A DNA stretch of 64,000 nucleotides. Origin: Felis catus. Taxonomy: Eukaryota. Location: positions 42,284,001 to 42,348,000 of the forward strand of contig NC_058373.1 of assembly GCF_018350175.1 (NCBI RefSeq), written 5' to 3'. Below are positions 10,536 to 23,864 of the stretch, in pieces; position 1 is the first letter of the stretch; every line of letters begins with the position of its first letter. The position numbers and the translations under genes are program-made. The notes beneath the pieces were generated by a model, which was given only the letters and a program-made list of their open reading frames with translations, searched no databases and was not told the origin of the DNA.

Positions 10536-13500
10536 CAGTTTTATTATTTGTGTATTCCTTTATTTTAGTAGGTTCTACTCCCAACAGGGGGATGGCTGAG
10601 CCAGCCAGGTACCCTGCTCTTCATCAGCTTTTAAAACTAAGAAATAGCTTCCTCCCCACTACCACTGCATGGTGGAGATGGGGAGAAAGGCCAAAGAATT
10701 CCAAACCTAAGATTCATTTATAAACGAGGACAGGAGATAGCAACTGAACTTTCCCTGATGAGTCTGAAATCCCCTTTGGTAATCACAGAAGTTCGGTGTT
10801 CTGAGCACTGGGACAGAATTCAGCACTCTGATTTTCAAATGATAGCCAAGTAGAGGGAAGAGTTCAGTTATTAAGGGATATTGCCTTAAAACTAACAAGA
10901 TCAATCAAATAAACCATTACTGAATACCAGTGATCTTAGCCTTTATCTGTTAGCCCCCAATCTATAATATAAATATAGCTAAGACACAGTCCCTCACCCT
11001 AAGGATTAATCAACCAACTTGGAAATAAGGATGGTTTCCCAGCAAGTGGTTCAACCTCTAAGAGTGAAGTAGTTCAATTACGTAAGCCTTAAAAAAAAAA
11101 AAAAAAAAAAGTCTAATATGCTGGAGCCAACAGAGCTAATACAATATTCCAATAGAGGCACAATCTTCTGTGACACCAGATTTGATTTTATAGTGTTAAT
11201 GACCATTCTGACAAATCTTTACGTGTGTCATACAATGGACCACCACCTCACCAAACAAACAAAAAAGACAGTTTCCCCAAAGACACAGACGAAGAGTTTC
11301 TCTGAATTAGGAATAAAAAGGTGTTAAAGTGGTCTATGCATCCTCAATTATTTTTAGAATGTTATGTGCTTTCTAAGGAATTTTCCAAGGTGTAAATGGA
11401 TTAGAAGTCTCCATTTTAATGGCTACCGAGGTCTTGATTTTTTAATAGCCTAATGTTTCCCGTTTATCATGTGCTTCAAACACTGCCAAAGTAAAGAAAA
11501 GCATAACGTACCCAAAAACATATTTGGAAAGATGTGGGAAGATGAGAACAAATATGCACCAATCAATATATCCCTTATTCTCAAGGGAACAAAACTTCAC
11601 TAAGACCTGCACTGAGCACAACCTTGCAATCCAGATAAAACCGCGAACCTCAGCTCTTGGGCTAGCCTCACGAGGACCGATCTCAGAATTCCAGGAAAAC
11701 TTTGGAAAACACCTCATTTGGGGAAAATAGAACCCCCACAAAACTACAGATTATCAGTGTAGGAAGGCAGGCCAAAAATACGAAGCTTTAAACACCAAAG
11801 TCACTACCGGTAATGTTGAGACCCGTCCTGAAGCTCAGCTCGAGGCTCTTCTCTTAGGAGAAGGATCCCCTTGAAAAGTATAATCTCACAAAATGTCTCA
11901 TGTGACTGAGGTGGAAGCTCCAACTCACAGAGAGATGTGAACACTATTTAGTGGTCATCCATTTTATCTCATTTACGCCATCTAGGGACCACATGAAGTT
12001 CCTGACACCAAGGAAGTAGAGGAGTCTAGTGAACTCTACCTAAATTTTGGTCCACCACCTCAATTTCTGATATGAAACATGGAAAACGGAAGGTTACGCA
12101 CCACCAGAGAGGTCAGTCACCAGGACTGACTGGGGAGACCCTGCAGGTCACCAGGACAGGGAATTCCAAAGAAAAGATGGGGCCTTGGAATATGGTTATT
12201 TTATGACCAATTCTCCTAAGGCCACTTAGGATTCTGCTCTGATTCTACAAGTAATAAGCAAACTCTGCTCTCGTGTTTGGTCTTACCCACTGACTGGGTC
12301 TCCAAGAGGCTTCCCAATAAAAATTCCTCTGAAGAGCTCTCTGTAAGATACCAGACCCCTCCTCTACCCCAGTCCCTTAATATCTGCTTAGCTACAATGA
12401 ACCAGGGTTTATGCGTGGAAGATCCATTTCCCACTTACACTGGCTGTCAGACTTTCTTTCCCCATACTTGGTACACAGAAACATCCAACCCTTCTTCTGA
12501 TACTGGATCTCAGCTACAGTAATCGGTTAGCAAGACTTGACTTAATATCCAGACCTTCCTTTGAAAAGTCTTTTAGACCTAGGGAAAGCAAATGGCCTCT
12601 ACATAATTCATCCATACTTACAGGAATCCCATTTAATTCAACAAGTACTTATTGAAAGTCTACCATATACCATGTCCTAAGTATCAACAGTATTTCAATA
12701 TTTGTTCCTGTTTCAATAGCATTGTCTACTTGGGATTTTACCTAGAGCAGCCACTCCAGGATGACAATGCAGTAAAAGCCTGAATGTATTGTTTTCACAG
12801 GTCAAGGATGCCTCAGTAGGTAGGTGAACAGCTTGAGAACTACAGTCATTTTAGTCTTGCCCTGAAGTATACAGTGAATTATCAGTAAAAAAGAGAACTG
12901 TAGTCCTCATCTTCTTACCAAGACTAAGCAAGTGCAATATGAGATTTAAACAGAGCAATGACTGTCAATTACCATCACTGTTAATCTTCCCTTTCTCAGT
13001 GGAAAGAGACTTCCTATGCTGGAACAATTATGAAATCCTTATTTCCACCTCAGGACTACAGAAAAAAAGAATGTTCACTTTCCACGTTGTTATTGATTTC
13101 ACCCTTCTGGTAATTTGCTCTATTGAAAACTAAAGCCCTAGCACAGTCAGAGCCTTAATGAATTAAATCCAGTGCCAAATACTTCAAAGCTTCACTGGGC
13201 ACAAGGCAGAGGAGACCATACCATTTCCACCTGGAAAGAACTGAGAGGGGCAAAAAAGCAAGCTGAAAATTGACTAATAAAAATCATTCATTCTGGGAAG
13301 TTTTAACATGACGCTTTCTTAAAAAAAAAATGAAAACTTGGAGAAATTGGAAATGGGAAAAAAATAGTAATAATGCACTTGATACCATAATGGCAAAATA
13401 ACCCCAATTTTTAAAATTCAAATAGAGGTAATTCTAGTATAGGTAAGAGACAAAATCCTTTGCATGCATTCAGTATGGCTCTATTTTTAAAATGATGTCT

Positions 13501-14063
13501 CTGATGCACAGCAGTTCAATTTCTGTGTTAGCCTCTAAAAAGCAGAAATCAATGTTTTACAATATGATTCTGTGTGTGGCAAGCCTCTTCACTTATCTCA
13601 AGGATAATTGCAACTATTAAACATTACTATTCTATGAATACAAGGTGAAAGCAGAAATAAAGACTTTGCTTACGTAATTCCCTGCTTGGCTGGCTCCCAA
13701 AATTCACCAACTCCCTCCATGATGAGGGACAAAGGGAAATCAAGACAGAAATGGCATATGTATAAATTCGCCTCTTGATGAGACCAACCGAATTATTTGG
13801 CATACAACTCCATCCTACCAAAGGGCAGAATGATACAGTAAGTTGAACATCTAACCTTTCTTCCTGTACAATCCATGCAGACGATGGATCATCCCCTTAA
13901 GAATTCTCTTTTGCCAAGAAACAAAATGGTCTAACTACCAGAAGTGCATTAGCCTTGGGGGATAATGCAATTTTAAAAGGCATGCGTATTGAAGGCGTGG
14001 CCAGCATAAGCATCTGATGTTCCTTGTTTTTTTTTGTTTGTTTGTTTTTCCACCAGCACTCAC

Positions 14064-14151
14064 CTTAGTCCTTCCTTTCAACTCTCATAATAAGCCCACA
14101 ATCTTATTTTAGTAGGGCCGAGTTTAAAATACTTTTAATAAAACCGAGCAT
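14064..14151 (-). other. Candidate non-coding exon (88 nt)
   Basis: Minus-strand acceptor TTGTTTTTCTTCTTGGCAG|A and donor AAG|GTGAGT. Stops in all three frames. Lies in unique DNA. Motif evidence only, no transcript data. Confidence 0.5.
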
Positions 14152-17100
14152 CTGCCAAGAAGAAAAACAATGGTATTCGTCCTTGTGCTGAAACTAATCC
14201 CACACTCCTGAAGCCCTTCCCCTCTATGTCCACCAGCCAGTATCAGACACAATTCATGACATCTTTAATTTCATCTGTATGCCAACTTTATACCAGCAGC
14301 CACAGATACCTGATCCAACTAAAAGCTCTCATTTAACTTCCCACGTAGCAATGCACGGACCTCTAAGAGCTCTGGGTCCCTGGACGAGACACTTATCATC
14401 TGAGTCTCACTCTCCTCCTGTGTGAGGGCAAGGTGATCTCAGAATGGCCTCCCAGCATCCAATGCCTTCCATGTGGCTGCATATCCTTGCCGTCAGCTCG
14501 CCAGTATCCGGGAGAAAGGGAACTGATTCAGCCTCGGGTTCTGGTGTTGTCTCAAGGGATTCAGAACTTGAGGATTAGGGAAGAAAATGATCAAGGGTGA
14601 TAGTGAGTATGTCCATTTAGTTCCCACAGTCCAGTCAATAGTGCTTTGGCCTGCCTGGGCCTTTGACTGCTAACTTCTAAGAGGTGACAGACCCATCTTA
14701 GCAGACGTCAAACTACACTGTCATTCCTGGAAAGTGGAATTTAAACATCTGTTTTTTACTGTTTGTTCAAATAGATGAAAAGTAACAAATACAGAACTTT
14801 TGTAAGCCACAAAGAACACAATTCTATCAGATATTAGACTGAATTGTTGCTCTGAAAAATTATGTGTATCAAATAATTGGCACAAATACACGACCGGCTC
14901 CTGTTAAAATGTCTTTTATGTGCTAATGCCTCATATGTACGCTTATATAAAAATCATCTCAAATGCTTGAAAACCATGAGAATGAATGATTTGAAGGAAA
15001 GGGCTAGAGGAAGACATGTGCTCTCAAACTCACCCTCCGGCATGTGTGAGGACGTGGTATCTGCCCACATTGAACAACATATCTGTGTTGTTCAACACAG
15101 AATGCAAATGGATTTCATAGAGAACTCAGGTCTACCCCACCCCACCCCCTCCCACCCCTGCCCTAGCCTCCAGGTTCCTGGCCGCCCTCTATTGCACATC
15201 AACACAGGAGCAGCCTGCCATCTTTTCTCTACCATCCATTCCCATCGGCCCACACTTGGATCTCCGCAGTCTCCAGCAACATGACATCAGCAGAGCACAG
15301 TCTGAAAGCCAGGCTGGAGACACAAAAACCCAGATTGGCTAGATTTCAAACAGTCCTAAACTTTGAAAAGACAGGTGGCTGTATTTAAGAGTCCTCCCTG
15401 CCCATCAGCTTCAGCCCATGCTCCCCCCGCCACCTCCCCCAAAACATATGCTATGGGAGTTCCTGTCCTCTCCCTGCCCTTGCCAGGGCACGGTGGCCTA
15501 GCTGCTCCCAGCAGCTGCTGGCTTCCTCCAGACTCTCACACTGCACTCTAATGGAATGGCCGCTGAAACCTCTAAGATCAGCTCATGGCAAAAGGCATTT
15601 CCTCCCAGTCCTTGTCCTAACCACAGCCTATGCCCTCTTCACCTTTAATTCAATTACGCGGATGAATAATGCATAGTTAGGTCTCTGACAGTGAAAAATC
15701 CTCAGCTTCTAGTGCGGCCACCAAGGCCTGACCGTACCCCAGTGTAAGGGGAGCCACCACAGGCCAGCACTTTGAAGAGTTCCAGTTGGGATCAGGGTAA
15801 CTCCAACTTGGAAGAGCTCTCTCCTAACACGTTCATTTAGGCATGAGTAACCAGAAAAGTAGGTCAGAGGCTTGAGTCGGTCTGAAGGCCGACATGCACG
15901 TCAGCTAAGACCCACAGGTTTTGTGTGGTTTCCAAGATTCAAACAATGACATTTCCAGGTGGGTCCTGCTAATATGGCCCCCACCGGTACCCCCACATCA
16001 GCCTGGATGACAATACACCCTCCTGCATTTTCCAGTGATCCCCTAAACCCGACAATAGTTCCCCTGGGGCAGCCAGAAAGAAAAAGAAAAACCATCTAGG
16101 GTGTTACTGGTACAAGCAGCTTTCAGGTCACTGTGCTCCAGCAGTTCAAGGCAATAGCCTCTGATTAAGATAAGCTTAATCTTTCTTAGCTGCATTGGTT
16201 TTTGAGTGGTTTTTTTCCCCCCCATTTGGTCAGTAAATGTCCTATTAATGCGCTGTTTTTAGTCTTTAACTTTTTATTTTTAAGGTCAATCCTCTCCCAG
16301 CATTTACTCCCATCTTGTGCTTATGTATATAGCTGCCCACCCCCACACACTTTTGACATTACACGCCGGACTGCCGAGGAACTGTCAGCACTCTGGTGCT
16401 TTAAGACAGCTTGACAAAGCAGCAGCAGCAGCAAACTGTCAAAGCTTGCCCATTTCTTCCATCTCTGTTCTTCCCTCTTAACTGTGCGATTTTACCTCCT
16501 CTCCTCACCCCAGCCCCGCAAAGAGAAAATCCTATGCCTTTCATCTGGCCCGTTTCTGAGACAAAGCCCCAGAACGACGCACTCACATATCCTATCTTGA
16601 GATCTCCCTACGCCCAGTCCTTCCTAGGCCAAACCATCCCACCCTTCCGTGGAGACCCAGAAAAGAGGATTCACCAAGGATAGAGGTGGCTTCCTCGATG
16701 AGGTGAGAAGCAACAAACTTGCGGCTGGATCACAGTCACTTTTAAACCCACCAAGAAAGTAATACTGCAAGCCATCGAAGACCACATTTTTTCATATCTG
16801 GGAACCAACATGGAAATACAGGACCATTTGCGAAGAGTAGACAAAGTTTCAGGTCAAACAGTGCGAACCTTCCTGGATCTAATGAAGGTTACAGTTAAAC
16901 TGGCCGTTTAAAAACAACACCAATATATTATTTCTGAGTGGAATACAAAATTCTCAGGGAGCTCCATTATAAAACCATGGGTTAGGGCCCTTAAAATACA
17001 CCCTCAGGCCCCCAGTGAGGTATCGAATACCTCATTCCCTTCTGTGGTTAGAGTAACAGTGGAAATCCAGGAGGATCTCAGCCATCATACGGTTGACAGG

Positions 17101-17805
17101 AAAATTACAATAATATCCCCAACAAATACCAATTAAGGGCAGATCTAACATGAGCAATGAGCTTACGGGCCACTCTTTGAGGGAATGACAAATCAACAGT
17201 TCTTCCAATAATCAAAGTCCATATGCCCTTCCCTCATATTTTACTCTACCAGGTATCTTCTCACCCCCAAATGAAACATATGAACTCAAAAGATAAAGCA
17301 AAAACCAAAGGTTCTACATCTAATGAGAAGCGGCCTAATGATAGACAGCTAACTTGCTAAGAAACAGAGGACTAGAAAAAAATGTGTATTCTGTATTTTT
17401 GTCCACACTAGTATTAGAAGTAACCTTAGAGCTGACAGTCTACACCAAATGGTGTTGGTGTCGATCGGTTATGATTTACACTTATGATACATTTACATTC
17501 CATACCTAATACTTCACGTATGAACCACAGAGTGAACTCACAACCATTATCTTAGCAACGTAGCCAACAAAACCTCATTTACAAATTTCTACCCAGTTTT
17601 TACCAATATGGAACCATTACTCAGTCACTGGGTGAACTGTGTAAGAGATGGTAGGTAATGTTTCTTTTGATTTACAAGCTATGAGATTTTCCATGAAAAC
17701 AAATGCTTTTCCCCATGTGTTCAAACCAATAGTCCCCTTCATCCTTAGTAACGAAAAATCATCTGGAAAACATTCTAGAGTGCTATAGTATTTACCTACA
17801 CTCAC

Positions 17806-18025
17806 CTGATTTGGGATACCGTGTCTCCAAGAGCTGTGCTTCCATTGGTATGGTAATGTTTAATCCTTTTCCACTCTGGCATGGGTTTTCAGCAGAGGGC
17901 TCAGTTAAAATCTCCACGCTCATTCAAACAGTCACTCCATATGGATATTAAGTAAAGCAAATCCACTTAGTGATTGTGCCATGAGGAGGGGAAGCCATAT
18001 TGATCATCCTGATTAGCCCTGTCAG
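17806..18025 (-). other. Candidate exon (220 nt), uORF-rich
   Basis: Minus-strand acceptor AGTCTTTCTCCAG|C and donor CAG|GTGAGT. Contains several ATGs, two of which stay open to the donor. Motif evidence only. Confidence 0.45.
17824..17974. repeat. Local direct duplication, copy A (151 bp)
   Basis: Aligns to 19204-19351 with 5 substitutions and 1-bp plus 4-bp indels. Confidence 0.97.
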
Positions 18026-19203
18026 CTGGAGAAAGACTTGCTGGCACTTAGGGCCAGCTGGGCAGGGTACACAGAGGCACTGGGCAATATCGAAGGCCTT
18101 CCAGCAATTGGTCTGGGCAGTGATGGATGCTATGTGGACAGCTTCTGGGGTTATTAAGGATATAGAACTGGCCCAAGAGAAACCCAAACTACATCTCATT
18201 TTATTAAGATAAAGTTAGATTACTCATAATGCAGTGCAGGACTAAGGAAGCTTTTGTCTTCTTTATCACTGACATGGGCAAAAAAAAAAAAATCAATTTA
18301 TATATTAAGACAACTGAGTGTACATGTAAGATGAAGATTACAAAACCCAACTTGTCTGCACTTTAAGAACAGGATACATAAAATGGTTGAGTAAACAAGT
18401 TATTTAACTTTACACTATTTACTCTGTATTATTAATTGTATTGTTGAAAAGAAGAAAGGAGTCTCAGCTTTCTCTGTACTCCCTTTGTGCACATGAAGGG
18501 ACACCTATTTAATAGATAAGGAAAAGACCTATCAGTCTTCAGCCCTCATCCTAACAGGCCAGCTTGAATGGAGACTGCATGCTGGGTACCCCCCCCACCC
18601 CCGGCCCAATCCCTCTGGACCTGAAATAGTCCTCTCAACGTCGCAAACGGTTGAAGTCAGAAATCACCAGAAAAAAATTCCCCTAAGTTTATAGACACAT
18701 ACAGACAATCGTTCACTCGTACTCTTTTCCATTTCTTCCCTTCCATGGCCCGTAAGAAATCCAACTAACCTTAACTGTATAACCTGGAATAAATTATTTT
18801 AACTTTCTGATTCTCCATTTCCAAATTAAGACTAATTATCATTTCCGCATTAACAATACCAATGTGTCCAAATCACAGGAACACCCTGAACGCTGGAGTA
18901 AATCCAATCAGTAATGCCTGGTAGAGTTCACTTTCAAAAGATGCGGGGAGCAGAGGGAAGGGCAGTAACCCACTCCAGCGCTCATCCCAGTCAGACCAAG
19001 AAAGACTGGCTCACGTGTGGTGCCTCCTAGGAAGGGTGACAGAAGAGATTTTCTTCTGGATAACATCAAGGCTTTCCTGAATGTGCATACATGTTATCTA
19101 AAGCGATCAAAGCGATTCTCCATTCCAAAATGACTTTATGTCCTGGCTCTCACCTGTTCAGAGTCTCCCATATAGAATTAGCTAGAAATTTGGGGTGGCA
19201 AAA

Positions 19204-19351
19204 TCTCCAAGAGCTGTACTTCCACTGGTATGGTAATGTTTAATTCTTTTCCACTCCGGCATGGGTTTTCAGCAGAGGGCTCAGTTAAAATCTCCACCGC
19301 TCAAACAGTCACTCCATATGGATATTAAGTAAAGCGAATCCACTTAGTGAT
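19204..19351. repeat. Local direct duplication, copy B (148 bp)
   Basis: Aligns to 17824-17974, offset 1380 bp at the left end. Confidence 0.97.
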
Positions 19352-19657
19352 CCACTTAGAGGACAGCACCTCTAGATGTGGCCATTCCTTCTCAACGCCT
19401 AGTAATGGAAACACGAGGTTCTGTTCTATTGGGCCAATTGTTCTAGGGTCAAGGTGATCTTCACAGCAAATAAGAGGGCTCCTGTCCTAAGAAATACAGC
19501 CAAAGTATCTCATGGTGAAGTGCAAAACTACATCATCTCGGTAACACTTCACAGTCATTTAAATACCTCCACAATCCCTTCAGGTGAACATATATATAGC
19601 AAATGCGTAACCGAGTTTCACAGCAGGAGAACTTGAGCCTCCAATATATACTACAAA

Positions 19658-19876
19658 TTTTTTTTTTAATGTTTATTCTTGAGAGAAAGAGAAAGAGAGA
19701 GAGAGAGAACGTGAACAGTGGAGAGGCAGACAGAGGGGGAGACACAAAATCCCAGGCAGGTTTCAGGGTCTGAGCTGTCAGCACAGAGCCTGACATGGGC
19801 CCCAAACACACAAACTGCAAGATTGTGACCTGAGCCAAAGTTGGACGCTTAACCACCTGAGCCACCCAGGTGCCCC
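19658..19876 (-). mobile_element. CAN-SINE (SINEC_Fc-type)
   Basis: T tail, GA linker and head ending GAGCCACCCAGGTGCCCC. Confidence 0.96.
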
Positions 19877-20573
19877 CCCATATAGATTTTAGAATATGGG
19901 GCTGGGGGCACACAGGGTGGTTGAGTCAATGTCCCCAAGATACTGCAGTTTTATTTCTCTTGACCAGCAGAGTCCTTTCTTCTTTTAAGGACATGGTTCC
20001 TCTTGTTCTCAGTCACTGCATCCCATGTTTCTCTGCGTCCTAGGAGTGTGGGACAGCCTAACGTGCCCCAAACGTTGTCTTTCCCACTGAGGATTCAAAA
20101 GGACACTGCCACACAGCATTATCCTGCACCTTCCGCGGGGTTTCCAATTTGTTTGTTGACACTCTAACCTCAGGCCTTGACCAATGACAATGTGAACGAG
20201 TAAGTACTTAAGAGACCCCATCAATCCCTTAAGTCCCAAGGTGCTACATGAGGCAGATTTATGGAATCTGCAAATTCACTTCGATGGAGCAACAATGGCA
20301 AGAGATATCTCTCCCCACAGACAGCTTCCAAAGGTTGTGATTAATGAGGCCACGGAAGCTCCTTCGACTGGGATTCCAGTAAATTGCCTTTCACCATGTG
20401 TTGACCAAATTAAAATAGAAGGTGCACCAGACACCAGAGCTTCTTGCACATGGAAAATTTTACTGCCTTGATTATAAACACTCTAGTTTATAATCTTGCT
20501 AATAAACCTTGCTAAGCTCAGGGCACCTGAAGCTGAAGGTCAATAAGCGGTCAAACTTCAATCTCCGCCATGC

Positions 20574-20944
20574 TGTATTGGTTGCGGTATTCGTTCCCTA
20601 GAGCTGCGCTAAAAACTACCACTCAGTGTTTATCTTAAAACAAAAGGAGTTTATTCTTCCATAGCTATAGAAGCCCAAAATCTGAAATCAAGAGTTGCTG
20701 GTGGGCCATACTCTCCCCGAAGTCTCTAAGGAAGAAGAATTCCGTGTCTCTTCGAGCTGTCTTCACACGGCGTTCTTCTGTGTCCTCTCCTCTTCTTACA
20801 AGGACACCAGTCATTGGAGTCATCTAGTATGACCTCATCTCCGTTTAAGTAACTGTGTCTAGAAAGGCTGTTTCCCAGTAAGGTCACATTCTGTGGTTTC
20901 AGGTAGACATGTATTTGGAGGGTCAACTACTCAACCCACTGCCA
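20574..20944 (-). mobile_element. MaLR solo LTR (MLT1C-like)
   Basis: Antisense MLT1 blocks: TTCTTACAAGGACACCAGTCATTGGA, ATGACCTCATCT, AAGGTCACATTCTGTGGT, TCTGAAATCAAG, with the end ACTCAACCCACTGCCA. Confidence 0.85.
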
Positions 20945-23638
20945 TTATTAATGAAAAGGCAAGTTGAAGTGTTAGGACAAGAATTACCTTGATATAAAAA
21001 GATTTTTTGTAGAGCTACGAAAATACAAAATATTATATACATGCCAATCGTGAATGAATAATGAGGCATGGGAGTGACCTCATCTAAGCAGACAAACCAA
21101 AGATGAGCTAAGAAAAGCCACAACTATGATTAAGCCAACACCAATAGCTTCCCCACTTCTCTTTCACCCCTCTCCAAAGGAATAAAGGTGTGTTGTCAGA
21201 GCCAAACATGGAAATTAAATGCCATTTTTCAGGAAAAATACACAGCACCAAGTCCCTCTTCGCACCTTTAAAACCCAAGGAAGATTCATAGACAATGCAT
21301 ACCACACATTTACCCACATTAATTGCTGTGCTCAGTTAAAAAAAAAAAAAAAATCAAACACTTCAGCATTTCGGGCAAGCTAACAATCCAGACTGAAAAC
21401 AGAAAACAGGTCATAATCTAAGCCACAGCTAGAAATGCTCATTTGCTTTCCCCAGTTACTCTGCAAAAAAATTCAAAGTGCAAACTGTTTAATTCTCTTC
21501 ACTACTTTATATGCTGTGTGTTTAACTTGTAGAGTTAACAGCAACTCCAGGAGAGCCATTTTAATGCACACTTTCTAACTAAACCTTTCTTTTCTACACC
21601 TAAAGCTGGGAAAGGTTTTCAACATCTGCAGCACAACGTTTCACTCTGAAAACTAAACACATCAGGAGAAAAGGGACCAGAAAGCTTCAGAAAACCCTTT
21701 CCCATGTGCACTTGTCTAGGTTGAAGATCCACCACCTTCATCATTATGTACAGTGTTTGCAAGAAGGAAACTGCTGAATGTCTCACTCACCCAGCTCACT
21801 GCACGCTGCCGTTCCTCCTCCAGTGGCAGGTGGAGACTCATGTCCCCTCAACACATTAGTCAGGACAAGCAGGACCAGCACCCTGGGCTTCAGGGCAAGT
21901 CTGTGACTCCATGACAACCCTGCCCCCCCAGTAGGCATACAGAGCGCCGTACCTTGCAACCCGCTCACAATGGTCACATCAAGCCCTCTGACCAGGAGGC
22001 TCCTAATGAGTCCTCTCTCAGCATTAGGGATCCATGGTCTCAGTCATCACCTCACAGTAAAAGGCACCTGTGTCCAAGGGCATGCCTTCCTGCCACAGGG
22101 GTAGTGGAGAAGGCTGGGGGGTAGTGGAGAAGTCCTTTTCAGGAAGGACTTTTCATCTCCAAGACTACCGACTCTGTTCCCAGTGCCATCCCCGAATGCT
22201 ATAGCATAGGTTTCCCCTAAACAGAAGGTATAAAGTCCTCCCTTTACATCTTCGGCACTAAAATCTACTCCTCTCTCCCCTAGTGCATTTGATTTCCAAG
22301 TTCCAGGGAAGGAAAATGAAAGGAAATCCCGATGGAGAGCCACTCAGTGTGACAGGCCCTTCACACAGGCAGGAGGTTCAGCAGTCAGAGGAGCAATGTG
22401 GCAGCAGGGGCTGTGGCTATGTCAGGCAGCCCCTCTGATCCAGGTGTGACAGCCCACACAGCGCTGCTCACAGAGGCATGACAAAGGGGAGAGAAGCCAA
22501 GGCACCCCCTGCTTGGGGTAGAGTCCATTTCTTCTTTCTTCAAGCCTTCTGTTACTTCTCTATAAGCACGCAGCCGATGAAGAACGGGTACCTCTGCACG
22601 TTCGATCAGGGAGATGAAATGTCCACGTCACTTAGCCCGGTGGAGAGGGCAGACTGAGAAACCAAAACCTGGAAGTGATCACCTAAAGGTATTCAAGGGA
22701 TGGTTCCAGAAGGACAACGCGCCAAGGACAAGCTTCAAGTCACTGTGGTCACCTTCCGCCAGATCCTCTGGCCTCACTGGTAACACAGAGGTGGCAAACT
22801 GACTTGGCCTGGCCAACTTGTGCTTGCCGCTCTGACACATCTCAGCTGCTATACAATTTTCTCCAAATGCATAAAGCTGACAGGCTGAAAAGAAAGCGGC
22901 TGACCCCACCCCTGATAACGCCGGTGCAGTGTGATTTATCAATTGCCAGTCTAGATAATCAGAGCTTCAGGAAGCCCTACGTTCAACTTCACACCCCAAT
23001 AGAGACATTTTACAGGCACATAGTGCCGCACAGTCATGTCTCCTTTTCTGAGCGGTTGGAAATCCCACGTGAAGACGCACACTCAAGTGACACTTCTACT
23101 CTGCCGCAGTCAGTCCAGATGGCTGACCACACAGGCCACAGCAACATGCAACCTCGGTTCTGCTCTTCTAAGTAATTGTTATTCTTCAAGTGCCTTCTAA
23201 GAAAGTAAGATTAATGAGGGAACTCAGACTACACCAAAAAGCAACAGCAAAAAGCATCTTCTTTAGTAAAGGTTGAGCGTTAAAAGTGTTAGGAACATAA
23301 GAGACAGATGTTTAGGTGAGAGATGGCAAAGGTCCTCGAACTCTCCTGAGATTCCCAGGGAGTGAAATTACCCAGGGGGACACCTGCAAACCACTAGAAG
23401 GCAGGGCTACGACCCACCTGAACAACCTATACTGAAAATAGCAAAGAAAAAGTTGCAAAAAATGGAGCCTGGCTCACGCTAACAATAAAACTAAAATGAT
23501 TACATCCTCAAGTAAAATAATACAATTATTACATCCTCATGCTGCTAGGAGACAAACAGATCCATGAAATGACACCACATCTAGAACAGACACAACGTTC
23601 ATACATGAAAGAAGCTTCATTAAAGCTATCTACCAGGA

Positions 23639-23854
23639 GGAGCACCTGAGTGGCCTGAGTCAGTTAAGCCCCTGACTCTTGATTTTGACTCAGGTCACGA
23701 TCTCACAGTTCATGGGTTCGATTCATGGGTTCGAGCCCTGGGTCAGGCTCTGCACACAGAGCCTACTTGGGATTCTCTCTCCCCCTCTGGCTGGCCCTCC
23801 TCCACTCATGCTGGTGCCTGCTCTCAAAATAAACATTAAAAAAAAACAAACAAA
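23639..23854 (+). mobile_element. CAN-SINE with an internal 13-bp tandem duplication
   Basis: Head GGAGCACCTGAGTGGC and A tail. TSD CTACCAGGA at 23630-23638 and 23855-23863. TTCATGGGTTCGA occurs twice at 23709-23734. Confidence 0.93.
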
Positions 23855-23864
23855 CTACCAGGAA

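Noticed and set aside
22623-22630. CCACGTCA (UPRE/CREB3-type site), also at 26702
   Set aside because: Isolated 8-mers, and the second copy lies in an L1. Insufficient evidence.
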